A stretch of DNA of 64,000 bases from Candidatus Levyibacteriota bacterium. Its GTDB lineage: Bacteria; Patescibacteriota; Microgenomatia; Levybacterales; UBA12049. The first letter of the stretch is position 1. Each line of letters begins with the position of its first letter. Of this stretch, positions 45,535-55,601 are shown in pieces. The stretch lies in NCBI GenBank assembly GCA_029260965.1, contig JAJDCG010000001.1:445803-509802 (forward strand), given 5' to 3'. The position numbers and the translations under genes were made by a program. Under the pieces are notes generated by a model that saw only the letters and a program-made list of their open reading frames with translations, ran no database searches and was not told the origin of the DNA.

Positions 45535-48357
45535 ATGTTCAAGCCGGTAAAAAGCGCTGTTAACTTTCCAGAGCAGGAGGAAAAACTGATAAAATTTTGG
45601 AAAAAAAATAAGATTTTTGAAAAATCAGTTGAAAAAGATGCGCCAAATGGTTCGTGGACTTTTCTGGACGGACCGCCTTTTGTAACAGGTATGCCTCATT
45701 ATGGATCGCTTTTATCCAGTCTTCCAAAAGATTTATTTGGTAGGTATTTTACCATGAAGGGATATAGTGTCAGGCGTGTTTGGGGATGGGATGGACACGG
45801 ACTTCCAATTGAAAACAAAGTTGAGCAGGAACTTGAAATTCAAAGTAAAAAAGATATCGAAGAAGTGGTAAGTGTTAAGAAGTTTATTGATGAGTGCAAG
45901 CATTATGTAAATATGGTTTCAAGTGACTGGGAATGGTATGTGGATAGGATTGGCAGATGGGTAGATTTCAAAAATGCATATAAAACTTGGGACAGAGATT
46001 ATATGGAGTCTGTGATGTGGGTTTTTAAACAAATGTATGACAAGGGATTTGTGTACAAGGGGCTTCGGGTTTCACTTTATTGTCCTCATTGCGTAACGCC
46101 AATTTCTAATTTTGAAGTTGCGATGGATTCAGATAATTACAAAGATGCACTTGATCCATCTACAATTTACAAATATGAGCTGGAAGGCGAAAAAGATACT
46201 TACATCCTTGCATGGTCAACAACTCCCTGGAATAAAATAGCAACACCAGCTCTTGCTGTTAATCCCAAAATGAAGTACGTGAAAGTTAAGCAGGGAAAGG
46301 AATTTTATGTTTTGGCTGAGACGACACAAAAAGCGCTTGATGGGGAATCTGAAATCGTTGGGAGATTAACAGGTAAAGATCTAGTTGGTAAAAAATTTGT
46401 TCCGCATTATGATTATTACAAAAATCGTGCAAAAGGAAAAGTATTTGAAATATTGGGAGGAGATTTTGTGACTGCTGAGGAGGGAACAGGTGTTGTGACA
46501 ATTGCTGCTTATGGTGAAGAAGATATGAAGCTGATGAAAGAAGAAGGGGTTCACACTGAGCTTCATCTTGATGAGGAAGGACATGTTAAAGAAGACGTGC
46601 CTATTTTTGGCGGAATGTATTATCTCAAAGCCAACAAGGCAGTTGATGAAGATCTTGAAAAGCGTGGTCTTATTTATAAAAAAGTTGATTATACTCACCG
46701 GGTTCCTCTTTGTTGGAGATGTCACACTAGGCTTTACTATGCGCCAATTGATGCATGGTTTGTAAATGTTCAGGATCTCAAGCCTCTGATGAAAAAAACA
46801 AACTCTGATATTGGTTGGTACCCAAAGCATTTTAAAAATGGAAGATTTTTAAAAAGTTTGGAAAATGCGCCTGATTGGAATATTTCTCGCAATAGATACT
46901 GGGGTTCTCCTGTTCCTGTTTGGGAATGTGAGTGCGGGGAGAGATTTGTTCCTGGATCCATAAAAGAACTCGAGGATGCATCAGGCAGAAAAGTGACCGA
47001 GCTTCACAAGCCTGATATTGATGAGGTAATGGTTAAGTGTAAGAAGTGTGGTAAGGATGCAAAGCGAGTAAGTGAGGTTTTGGATAGTTGGATTGAGGCA
47101 GGATCTGCTTCTTTTGCAGAGCGACATTTTCCGTTTAAAAAGGATGAAAAACTAGATGATTTTTTTCCTCCTGATTTTATTGCTGAATATACGGGTCAGA
47201 TCAGAGCTTGGTTTTATGTACTTCATGTGATTGGCGCTGCGATTTATAAATCTCCTTCATTTAAAAATGTTTTGGTCGAGGGTGTGATACTTGGAACAGA
47301 TGGCAGAAAAATGAGTAAGAATTTTAAAAATTATCCAGATCCTCGAGAAATGCTTGATAAGTACGGCGGAGATGCGTTGAGGTTCTATCTGCTTGGTTCA
47401 CCCGTGATGAAGGGTGAGGATATCTTGATTTCAGAGGATGCGTACAAATCCCAAATAAGAGGAACCATGCTTATTCTTTGGAATACATATAATTTTTTTG
47501 TAACTTATGCCAATTTGGACGCTTGGCATCAGGCAAAAAACATCAAGCAAAAAGAAATAAGTAAAAACATTTTGGATATTTGGGTTTTAGCGTTGCTAAA
47601 TAATTTAATTTCTGATGTGACAAAAAGCTTAGATAATTATGATACAGTAACGGCAATTGAATCGATAAAAAAATTCGTTGATGATTTTTCAACTTGGTAT
47701 GTTAGAAGAAGTAGGAACAGGGTTGGGCCAAGCGCAACTGATCAAGATGATAAAGATGCATTTTATTCTACCTCTTTTGAGGCATTAACTACTCTTTGTA
47801 AATTGCTTGCGCCAATTGCGCCTTTTATATCTGATTCAATTTATAAAAATTTGACAGAGGAAGAATCAGTGCATTTAGCTGATTGGCCTTTGTCAAACTC
47901 AAAACTTACAACACAAAACTCAAAACTGATTAATGATATGAAAATGGTTAGAAAAATTGTTGAGATGGGATTGTCCGTTAGAAAAGATGCAGGTATAAGA
48001 GTAAAACAACCACTCTCAAGCCTTACTGTTTTGGGTACAGATGAATCTATACTAGATGAAGCTTTGCATTTTCTTATAAAAGATGAGGTTAATGTAAAAG
48101 ATGTAAAATTTGAAAAAGCAAAAGAGTTAAAAGTTGATCTAGATACAAAAATAACACCAATTCTTGAAGCAGAAGGAAAAGCGCGTGATATTATCAGAAT
48201 GATTCAGGAAGAGAGGAAAATGCTTAGTACTGCACTTGATGAAAAGGTGGATGTATTTTTGCCTGAATGGCCCGTTATGTGTGAAGAAGAAATAAAAAGA
48301 AAAGCGCTTATAAATGAATTGTTAAATGGAGACTTTAAAGTCAAAAGATTGTCATGA
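45535..48357 (+). CDS. ileS: Isoleucine--tRNA ligase, type 2
   Basis: FLDGPPF, GWDGHGLPIE, DWNISRNRYWG, KMSK; lacks the C-terminal Zn finger of type 1; HIGH motif reads HYGS. Confidence 0.95.
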   Translation: MFKPVKSAVNFPEQEEKLIKFWKKNKIFEKSVEKDAPNGSWTFLDGPPFVTGMPHYGSLLSSLPKDLFGRYFTMKGYSVRRVWGWDGHGLPIENKVEQELEIQSKKDIEEVVSVKKFIDECKHYVNMVSSDWEWYVDRIGRWVDFKNAYKTWDRDYMESVMWVFKQMYDKGFVYKGLRVSLYCPHCVTPISNFEVAMDSDNYKDALDPSTIYKYELEGEKDTYILAWSTTPWNKIATPALAVNPKMKYVKVKQGKEFYVLAETTQKALDGESEIVGRLTGKDLVGKKFVPHYDYYKNRAKGKVFEILGGDFVTAEEGTGVVTIAAYGEEDMKLMKEEGVHTELHLDEEGHVKEDVPIFGGMYYLKANKAVDEDLEKRGLIYKKVDYTHRVPLCWRCHTRLYYAPIDAWFVNVQDLKPLMKKTNSDIGWYPKHFKNGRFLKSLENAPDWNISRNRYWGSPVPVWECECGERFVPGSIKELEDASGRKVTELHKPDIDEVMVKCKKCGKDAKRVSEVLDSWIEAGSASFAERHFPFKKDEKLDDFFPPDFIAEYTGQIRAWFYVLHVIGAAIYKSPSFKNVLVEGVILGTDGRKMSKNFKNYPDPREMLDKYGGDALRFYLLGSPVMKGEDILISEDAYKSQIRGTMLILWNTYNFFVTYANLDAWHQAKNIKQKEISKNILDIWVLALLNNLISDVTKSLDNYDTVTAIESIKKFVDDFSTWYVRRSRNRVGPSATDQDDKDAFYSTSFEALTTLCKLLAPIAPFISDSIYKNLTEEESVHLADWPLSNSKLTTQNSKLINDMKMVRKIVEMGLSVRKDAGIRVKQPLSSLTVLGTDESILDEALHFLIKDEVNVKDVKFEKAKELKVDLDTKITPILEAEGKARDIIRMIQEERKMLSTALDEKVDVFLPEWPVMCEEEIKRKALINELLNGDFKVKRLS

Positions 48358-49430
48358 TTAAACCTTCAACCATTGATTGGCGTCTCTTCGGACCGGTTTT
48401 AATACTTATTGTCATAAGTCTAATTACACTTTTTGCTATCGATTCTCAATTTTTCTATAGTCAGATAGTAGCACTTTTTATATCATTTTGTGTTTTTTTT
48501 ATATTTTCAAAAATTAACATTGAATTTTTGAAAAGTTTTCAACTATACTATTATATTGGTTCAGTTATTCTTCTTTTATCACTATTGGTTTTTGGACAGG
48601 ACATAAGGGGTGCGACAAGATGGTTTGATCTGTTTGGTGTACAGATTCAAATATCAGAAGTAGTAAAGCCGATTCTTGCACTTTCTCTTGCTTCATTTAT
48701 TGCAGACAATTCCCAAAAAGGAATCCGCGCGTTCTTAATGCCTTTTGTTTTTTTAGTGCCAGTATTTGTCTTGATATTTTTGCAGCCTGATTTGGGTAGT
48801 GCTGTTATATATTTACTAACTTTGATTTTTGTTCTTTTTTTTGTGGGGTTTCCTATCAAGTGGCTTTTGTTTTCTGCACTTCCGTTTTTGGCAATCTCTC
48901 CAATTGTCTGGTTCAGGCTTCACGATTTTCAGAGACAGCGGATACTAACTTTTTTAAATCCAGGCAATGATCCCCTGGGCACATCATACAATGCAGTTCA
49001 GTCAATAATTGCTGTTGGGTCTGGGGGGATTTTCGGGAGGGGATTGTCAGAGGGAACACAATCTGTTTTGAAATTTCTCCCAGAGAGACAGACCGATTTT
49101 ATTTTTGCTACAATTGCTGAGGCCCTGGGGTTCTTGGGTGCAAGTATAGTTGTCGCCTCTTTTATGTTTTTTATCTTTAGATTGTATGAAATCTTCAAAG
49201 AATGCGAAGGAGTTTTCGAGAAAGTTTTCATTGCGTCAACTATTGGAATCTTCATGATGCAGGGGATTGTGAATATGGGAATGAACATGGGAATTTTTCC
49301 TATTGTTGGCATAACTTTGCCTTTTGTTTCTCTGGGGGGGTCATCACTTTTGTCAAGTTTCATATTTTTGGGAATCATTTCGTCAATAGCACGCAGTAAC
49401 AAAAAAGACGCTGTACTTCAAATAGGGTAG
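48354..49430 (+). CDS. rodA: SEDS rod shape-determining protein RodA
   Basis: GATRWF, QPDLG, QSIIAVGSGG..GRG, FLPERQTDFIF, GITLPFVSLGGSS. Confidence 0.92.
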   Translation: MIKPSTIDWRLFGPVLILIVISLITLFAIDSQFFYSQIVALFISFCVFFIFSKINIEFLKSFQLYYYIGSVILLLSLLVFGQDIRGATRWFDLFGVQIQISEVVKPILALSLASFIADNSQKGIRAFLMPFVFLVPVFVLIFLQPDLGSAVIYLLTLIFVLFFVGFPIKWLLFSALPFLAISPIVWFRLHDFQRQRILTFLNPGNDPLGTSYNAVQSIIAVGSGGIFGRGLSEGTQSVLKFLPERQTDFIFATIAEALGFLGASIVVASFMFFIFRLYEIFKECEGVFEKVFIASTIGIFMMQGIVNMGMNMGIFPIVGITLPFVSLGGSSLLSSFIFLGIISSIARSNKKDAVLQIG

Positions 49431-49478
49431 TTGCTGATTGATCAACCTCGAGTATTTTGCTATAATTGTGAAATTGAT

Positions 49479-49826
49479 ATGAAATACGCTGTAGTGCAAA
49501 CAGGTGGAAAACAATATAAGGTAGAGGAAAATCAATTTTTAGAAGTTGAAAGACTTGACTCAAAAGTGGGTAGTAGTTTTGATTTTGAAAAGGTTCTTCT
49601 TTTTGTAGAAAACGATGAAGTTAAAATAGGTACACCTTATTTGAGTGGCGTAGTTGTTTCAGCAAAGGTTGTTGAGGAAAAAAGAGGCGAAAAGATAAGG
49701 GTAGCAAGGTTCAAGGCAAAGGCTCGTGTTAGAACCATAAAAGGGCATAGGCAAAGTCTCACAAAGCTCCAGGTCACCAAGATTGCATCAGGCAAGGTTA
49801 AAGCAGAGAAGGAACAAGCAAAATAG
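49479..49826 (+). CDS. rplU: 50S ribosomal protein L21
   Basis: MKYAVVQTGGKQYKV, GHRQ; start placed after TGCTATAAT. Confidence 0.96.
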   Translation: MKYAVVQTGGKQYKVEENQFLEVERLDSKVGSSFDFEKVLLFVENDEVKIGTPYLSGVVVSAKVVEEKRGEKIRVARFKAKARVRTIKGHRQSLTKLQVTKIASGKVKAEKEQAK

Positions 49827-49837
49827 CTTGATTTATC

Positions 49838-49866
49838 TTGACAATCGTGAAAAGTTGTCGTAATAT
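49838..49866 (+). promoter_or_regulatory. Sigma70-type promoter of rpmA-parB
   Basis: TTGACA, 17 nt, TAATAT. Confidence 0.65.
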
Positions 49867-49891
49867 TGAGCAGATTTCACAATAGTAAAAT

Positions 49892-50143
49892 ATGGCACAT
49901 ACAAAAGCACAAGGATCAGTAAAAGGTAACCGCGATTCGCGTCCAAAAATGAGGGGAGTGAAGCTCTTTGGTGGGGAAAAAGCGAAAGCGGGAAGCATAA
50001 TTGTTAGACAAAAAGGAGGTAAGTTTAAGGCTGGAAAAAACGTTTCAACCGGAAAAGATTTCACTCTATTTGCATTAGCTGAGGGTAATGTTAGGTTCAA
50101 AACTCTCAAGGGAAAAAAGTTTGTAGAAGTTGTAAATGGATAA
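49892..50143 (+). CDS. rpmA: 50S ribosomal protein L27
   Basis: [28 protein letters not shown]. Confidence 0.97.
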   Translation: MAHTKAQGSVKGNRDSRPKMRGVKLFGGEKAKAGSIIVRQKGGKFKAGKNVSTGKDFTLFALAEGNVRFKTLKGKKFVEVVNG

Positions 50144-50954
50144 TCCAACAGAACATATTTATCGGCTAGAGACTGTTAATCTTCAGTCGAATCCCTTGCA
50201 ACCTCGTGGTGTTATAACTCCAGATTCTCTTACAGATCTCGTTGAATCAATTCGTGAGCAGGGAATACTAGAACCCATTGTTGTTGCTGAGACACCAGCA
50301 GGTTATCAGATAATTGCAGGAGAGAGGCGTTGGAGGGCAGCTAAAATACTCGGTTTAAAGGAAGTTCCAGTTGTTGTTAAGAAAACAACTCCTCAGGGCA
50401 TGCTTGAGATGTCTATTGTCGAGAATGTCCAAAGAGAAGATCTTAATCCTATTGAAAAAGCTTTAGCTTATAAAAGACTTATTGATGAATTTGGATTGGG
50501 TACAACAGAAGTGGCTAAAAGAGTAGGAAAGAGTTTGCCAGCAGTATCCAATACTATTAGACTTCTCTCTCTCCCAGATGCAGTTAAGGACGCACTGGTT
50601 GCAGGTGTAATAACAGAAGGTCATGTTCGTCCTCTACTCTCGCTTGGCGAGCACAAGTTGATGCTTGAGGTCTTTAAGACAATATTACGAGAAAACTACA
50701 CTGTCAGACAAACTGAAGAGTTAGCAAGGAAAATGAAAGGTGAACTCCAAAAAAAGGAACCGACTTCTGAAAAAGATCAAATATGGGTACCAGAACAAGA
50801 CGAAATGGCCAGTAGAATTGAAAAAAAACACGGTTTTGATAATGTAAAGATATTCCAATCCAGCAAGCTTGCTCGTATAACATTGGTAGTAAAAGGTGAT
50901 CCAGAGACAACAAGTAAAAAGTTGAAAGAGGTACACGACATCCTTATTCGTTAA
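50136..50954 (+). CDS. parB: Chromosome partitioning protein ParB/Spo0J
   Basis: [33 protein letters not shown]. Confidence 0.95.
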   Translation: MDNPTEHIYRLETVNLQSNPLQPRGVITPDSLTDLVESIREQGILEPIVVAETPAGYQIIAGERRWRAAKILGLKEVPVVVKKTTPQGMLEMSIVENVQREDLNPIEKALAYKRLIDEFGLGTTEVAKRVGKSLPAVSNTIRLLSLPDAVKDALVAGVITEGHVRPLLSLGEHKLMLEVFKTILRENYTVRQTEELARKMKGELQKKEPTSEKDQIWVPEQDEMASRIEKKHGFDNVKIFQSSKLARITLVVKGDPETTSKKLKEVHDILIR

Positions 50955-50959
50955 ATTCT

Positions 50960-51523
50960 TTATTCCCCGTAAGGATTTGAGATCCCCCTGATGTTGTTGA
51001 GTGGCCAGTAAACAAGCATTGATTTTCCAATAATTTTTTTAGTTTCTAGAAATCCCCATTCTCTAGAGTCTGAAGAGAAAGGACGATTGTCACCAAAAAC
51101 TAGATAATTATCTGGTGGTACGGTAACTGGAATTCCTTCATGCATAAATCCACCTCCGAAAGTTTTAACACCATTTGAGAGATACGCACTTTCATCAATT
51201 TTTTTACCATTTACGAAGACTGCGCCGTCTTGTATGTAAACGGAATCACCATGAATTCCGATAATTCGTTTTATAAAATCTTTGTCAGGCTCTGTTGGAG
51301 ACTTAAATACTATTACATCCCCTCTTTCTAAGTCTTCGAATTTCAGGCTGATAAGACTAGTTAAGATATATTCCTTATTCTTAAATGTAGGGTCCATAGA
51401 TTGTCCACTTACCTGAAACGGTCTGAATAAAAAAATGTATATAGCCAGGAAAATTGAGGCTGCCAAAAGCAGTGTTTGAAGGGTGTCTAGTGTCAAGTTA
51501 TATATTTTTTTAAGTATTTCCAT
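50960..51523 (-). CDS. lepB: Signal peptidase I
   Basis: GQSMDPT (Ser), FIKRI (Lys), GDNRPFSSDSR. Confidence 0.95.
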   Translation of the reverse strand: MEILKKIYNLTLDTLQTLLLAASIFLAIYIFLFRPFQVSGQSMDPTFKNKEYILTSLISLKFEDLERGDVIVFKSPTEPDKDFIKRIIGIHGDSVYIQDGAVFVNGKKIDESAYLSNGVKTFGGGFMHEGIPVTVPPDNYLVFGDNRPFSSDSREWGFLETKKIIGKSMLVYWPLNNIRGISNPYGE

Positions 51524-51569
51524 TCGATTATTATCTGATGTCTTATGTTATTTGTCAATTTGATTACAA

Positions 51570-52322
51570 TTATCTAATTGTATTCTGCTTGAACGGAGGT
51601 GGAATTCGGAACCAAACAGTATAAACATACCCTAGAGCGTACTCATATAATGTTTTAACAATGCCCTTTTTCCATCTTCTAGGAGAATTTTCAATTATGA
51701 GGTTTCTTTTAAATACAACTTTTCCGTACTGTTTTAATCTCAAGCCTAGGTCGACTTCAAAGCTCATCTTAAATTTTAGATCCATACCATTTATTAAACT
51801 AAAATAATCTTTTTTAATAGCAAAATTAAAGCCAGATATATGTGGCTTGCCAATCAAGAAATTAAAACTAACAAAAAGAGAATAGAGATGTCCAAGTAAC
51901 TCGCTTAGTATTTTTGAGTTTGTAATTACAATTGCAGATCCTGTAACTGCAATAACGTCATCTCTGGAGAGAGTGGATGCGATTTTTTCTAGCCAATTTT
52001 TTCTTGGTTGAGAATCTGCATCTGTGATTGCTACGATCCTGGTGGTACTCATTCTTATTCCTGTATCGTATGCAAATACCGCCCCTTGTCTTTTTTCATA
52101 TATTATTTTTGCACCGTATTTTTTTGCTATCTCTACAGTTTTATCAGTTGAATTATTGTCGACAACCGTGATAATAAAATTTTTATAGCTTTGGTTTCGG
52201 ATAGATTCAAGAGTTTTGCCAATTAAATCCTCCTCATTGTATGCTGGAATCACCACCGATATTTTCGGGTAATTATTTATTTTGATTCTTTTATTTTGAT
52301 CCTCTAGATTGTTGTTATTCAT
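51570..52322 (-). CDS. GT2 glycosyltransferase
   Basis: SVVIPAYNEE, VDNNSTD, TDAD, SPRR. Confidence 0.88.
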   Translation of the reverse strand: MNNNNLEDQNKRIKINNYPKISVVIPAYNEEDLIGKTLESIRNQSYKNFIITVVDNNSTDKTVEIAKKYGAKIIYEKRQGAVFAYDTGIRMSTTRIVAITDADSQPRKNWLEKIASTLSRDDVIAVTGSAIVITNSKILSELLGHLYSLFVSFNFLIGKPHISGFNFAIKKDYFSLINGMDLKFKMSFEVDLGLRLKQYGKVVFKRNLIIENSPRRWKKGIVKTLYEYALGYVYTVWFRIPPPFKQNTIR

Positions 52323-52373
52323 TTATAGCTATTATATAATAAGCAATAGACTTTTTTTGCAAGAATTTATAAG

Positions 52374-53594
52374 ATGAGGATAGGATTTTTTACAGACGGT
52401 TATTTGCCTGCGTTAGGGGGGATTGTTACCTCAGTTAGGATAACAGCTGAGGCACTCGAAAAAAGAGGACACAAAGTTTATATTATTGCTCCCAAACATC
52501 CAAAGTATAAAGATAAAGGTAAAAATGTTTATAGATTAACCTCAATTAAGTTTTTAACCACACCCGAGGTGAGACTTGCCTTACAATTGCCAGAAAGGTC
52601 AATGATAAGAGTTTTTAGACATAATTTTGATGTTATACATGGTCATGGAGGTGGTCCGATTACTTTTTTGGGACTTCAGACTGCTAGGTTGAAAGGCATT
52701 CCATACATAGCAACTTATCACACACTGTGGAACAGATATACACATTATTTTTTAAAAGGAAAGGTTATTCCTACCAAAATGGCGGACATAGGAAGTCGTA
52801 TGTTTGGAAATGTCTGTGATTCTATAATTGCCCCATCTGAAATTATAAAAAGGAAATTAGTTTCATATGGAGTGAAAAGTCCGATTAAAGTATTACCAAC
52901 AGGAATAAATATAAATAGTTTTCGTTCAATAGAAAAAGAATTTGTCCAAAAAAAGATAAAAATTAAAAACAAGAAAAAAATTCTTTTATATGTAGGAAGA
53001 TTAGGAAAAGAAAAATCAGTTGATTTCTTGATTAATGCTTTTAGTTTAATTTATAAAAAAGATAAAAACACTTGCTTGGTATTAGTTGGAAATGGAAATG
53101 AATCAAAAACTTTAAAGCAAGCAGCAAAGGATTTAGGTTTATCAGATAAAATATTTTTTTTGGGTGCTGTGAATAATGATGACATACCAAAAGTTTATGC
53201 AGATGCAGATGTTTTCATTTTTGCTTCAAAAACTGAGACACAAGGGATGGTGCTTTTGGAATCATTTGCATCAGGAGTTCCAGTGGTTGCAGTTAGTGAT
53301 CATGCGTTCAGAGGTGTGTTAAAAAACGGAATTAATGGATATGCAGTTAAGAATAATTATAATGATTTTGCAGAAAAAACTCTGCACCTTATTAATAATC
53401 CTAAGACTTACAAATCAATGTCTGATGAAGCGAAAAAAACTGCTGAAGAATTCTCAGCTGATATCATCGCAGAGAGACTGGAGAAGATTTATCTAAAAAT
53501 GATTAGAGATCATGCAAAAAGGTCAAAAGACAAAATTAAAAATTCATATTTTAGAACACTGCTAGCTAAAATTCGAGAGCAAATGAAAAACTAA
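52374..53594 (+). CDS. GT4 glycosyltransferase (diacylglycerol glucosyltransferase-like)
   Basis: FTDGYLP..GGIVTS, TYHT, VGRLGKEK, ETQGMVLLES. Confidence 0.9.
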   Translation: MRIGFFTDGYLPALGGIVTSVRITAEALEKRGHKVYIIAPKHPKYKDKGKNVYRLTSIKFLTTPEVRLALQLPERSMIRVFRHNFDVIHGHGGGPITFLGLQTARLKGIPYIATYHTLWNRYTHYFLKGKVIPTKMADIGSRMFGNVCDSIIAPSEIIKRKLVSYGVKSPIKVLPTGININSFRSIEKEFVQKKIKIKNKKKILLYVGRLGKEKSVDFLINAFSLIYKKDKNTCLVLVGNGNESKTLKQAAKDLGLSDKIFFLGAVNNDDIPKVYADADVFIFASKTETQGMVLLESFASGVPVVAVSDHAFRGVLKNGINGYAVKNNYNDFAEKTLHLINNPKTYKSMSDEAKKTAEEFSADIIAERLEKIYLKMIRDHAKRSKDKIKNSYFRTLLAKIREQMKN

Positions 53595-53598
53595 ATGC

Positions 53599-54657
53599 AT
53601 GAATATTATTTTTATTACACGAAGATTTTACCCACAAATAGGAGGAGTTGAAACTCATGTACTCCAATTATCAAGAGAGCTTATTTCAAGGGGACACTCA
53701 GTGACAGTCATTACAGAAATGCCCAAGAACCTTAGAAACAAAAAAAAAGATAAATATCAAGGAATAGACATAGTGAGGATCAATGTAGGAGAGGAAGGAT
53801 TTTTAAAAAAATTTAAAGTCTGGAATGAAATTCTCAAATTTAATTCTTTAATAAAAAAATCGGATATAGTTCACTGTCATGATGTTTTTTTCTGGTATTT
53901 ACCGTTTCGTTTTATTTTTCCTAACAAAAAAGTATATACGACATTCCATGGATATGAGACTAGGTTTCCTGTCAGTAAAAAGGCTGTTGTCGTCAGAAAA
54001 ATAAGTGAGTTTTTGTCACATGGGAACATTTGCGTTGGAGACTATATTTCAAAATATTATGGTACAAAACCAGGTTTTGTTATTTATGGAGGAGTAGATG
54101 AAGCTTATAAAAAATCTAATACAAAAAAAGTTAACAGCATAAGTAATAAAATTAAAATCGTTTTAATAGGAAGATTGGATTTTGATACTGGTGTTGAGAC
54201 ATATCTAAGGGCATTGAGCTTGTTGAAGAAGAAAAAAATTGGCTATGAATTTAGAAGTTATGGAGATGGAATATTTAAAGCAGATGCTAGAAAGTATGGA
54301 ATGACTAGCGGTTTTGTATTAAATGTAAAAAAAGAAATTGGGAAGTCTGATATTGTTTTTGCATCATCATATCTGATAATACTCCAGGCGCTTATTATGA
54401 AGAAAAAGATAATTGCCATTTTTGACAATCCTCTCAAAGAAGATTATCTAAAAATGTCTCCAATGGGTAAATATATTTACCTTTGTAAAAATGAAACAGA
54501 GATTGTTGAAGTCGTAAAGTCAATAAAACGTGATCCATGGAAATCAGATTCTATGATCGAGCAGGGATATAAATGGGCCAAAATGCAAACGTGGGAAAAA
54601 ATATTAAATGTATATCTGAATCTTTGGAATCAGGGAATCAAAATAATTAATGCATGA
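53599..54657 (+). CDS. GT4 glycosyltransferase
   Basis: FYPQIGGVETH, VHCHD, TFHG, IGRLD. Confidence 0.82.
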   Translation: MNIIFITRRFYPQIGGVETHVLQLSRELISRGHSVTVITEMPKNLRNKKKDKYQGIDIVRINVGEEGFLKKFKVWNEILKFNSLIKKSDIVHCHDVFFWYLPFRFIFPNKKVYTTFHGYETRFPVSKKAVVVRKISEFLSHGNICVGDYISKYYGTKPGFVIYGGVDEAYKKSNTKKVNSISNKIKIVLIGRLDFDTGVETYLRALSLLKKKKIGYEFRSYGDGIFKADARKYGMTSGFVLNVKKEIGKSDIVFASSYLIILQALIMKKKIIAIFDNPLKEDYLKMSPMGKYIYLCKNETEIVEVVKSIKRDPWKSDSMIEQGYKWAKMQTWEKILNVYLNLWNQGIKIINA

Positions 54658-55601
54658 AAATTTCATTTATTGCAACCGTTTATAATGAGGAAAGGAATAT
54701 TGAATCCCTACTGGATTCATTGTTAAAGCAATCTATATTGCCAGATGAGATTATAATCGTTGATGGGGACAGTACGGATGCTACTGCTTCGATATTATCT
54801 AATTTTAAACTTCAAGTTTCAAATAATCGAATTAAATTTTTGGTAAAAAAAGGGAATAGATCGGTAGGGCGAAATGAGGCTATTGCTAATGCATCAGGAG
54901 ATATTATTGTGTGCTCGGACGCAGGGTGTATTTTGGATAAAAAATGGTTAGAAAATATTACAAAACCTTTCGATAATGAAAAGGTTGATGTAGTGGCAGG
55001 CTATTATAGGGGACTGTCTAGAAATATTTTTCAGAAATGTTTAATTCCTTATGTTCTTGTAATGCCTGATAAGGTTAATTCAAACAACTTTTTACCTGCA
55101 GCACGCTCAATGGCTTTTAAAAAATCTGTATGGAAAAGGATTGGTGGATTTCCAGAGCAGTTCTACGATAACGAAGACTACGTATTTGCAAAAAAATTAA
55201 AAGAAAAAAAAATGATGATTTTTTTCGCGAAAGACGCAATTGCAGAATGGATACCAAGGGAGAATATGAAAGAGGCATTTATTATGTTTTATAGGTTTGC
55301 ACGTGGAGATGCACAAGCTCAAATTTATAGACCAAAAGTTCTTTTTATCTTTGCTAGATATGTAACTGGAATAATTTTATTGTTTTTATTTTTTCAGTTA
55401 AATTCATACTTTATACTTAGTGCTTTATACTTTATACTAATAATATATTTTGTTTGGGCAGTAACAAAAAATTACAGATACATAAAAGATTTAAGAGCTA
55501 TATTGATTTTGCCAGTGCTTCAGATAATATCTGAGGTTGCTGTTATAACAGGTACAATTTCAGGAGTAATTAAATTATGGGCTACACAAAAGACACAGTA
55601 A
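54654..55601 (+). CDS. GT2 glycosyltransferase with C-terminal TM helices
   Basis: ATVYNEE, VDGDSTD, SDAG, GGFPE..NED. Confidence 0.88.
   Translation: MKISFIATVYNEERNIESLLDSLLKQSILPDEIIIVDGDSTDATASILSNFKLQVSNNRIKFLVKKGNRSVGRNEAIANASGDIIVCSDAGCILDKKWLENITKPFDNEKVDVVAGYYRGLSRNIFQKCLIPYVLVMPDKVNSNNFLPAARSMAFKKSVWKRIGGFPEQFYDNEDYVFAKKLKEKKMMIFFAKDAIAEWIPRENMKEAFIMFYRFARGDAQAQIYRPKVLFIFARYVTGIILLFLFFQLNSYFILSALYFILIIYFVWAVTKNYRYIKDLRAILILPVLQIISEVAVITGTISGVIKLWATQKTQ

Noticed and set aside
50136-50954. parS site or parA near parB
   Set aside because: No TGTTTCACGTGAAACA-like palindrome was noticed, and parA is not in the window.
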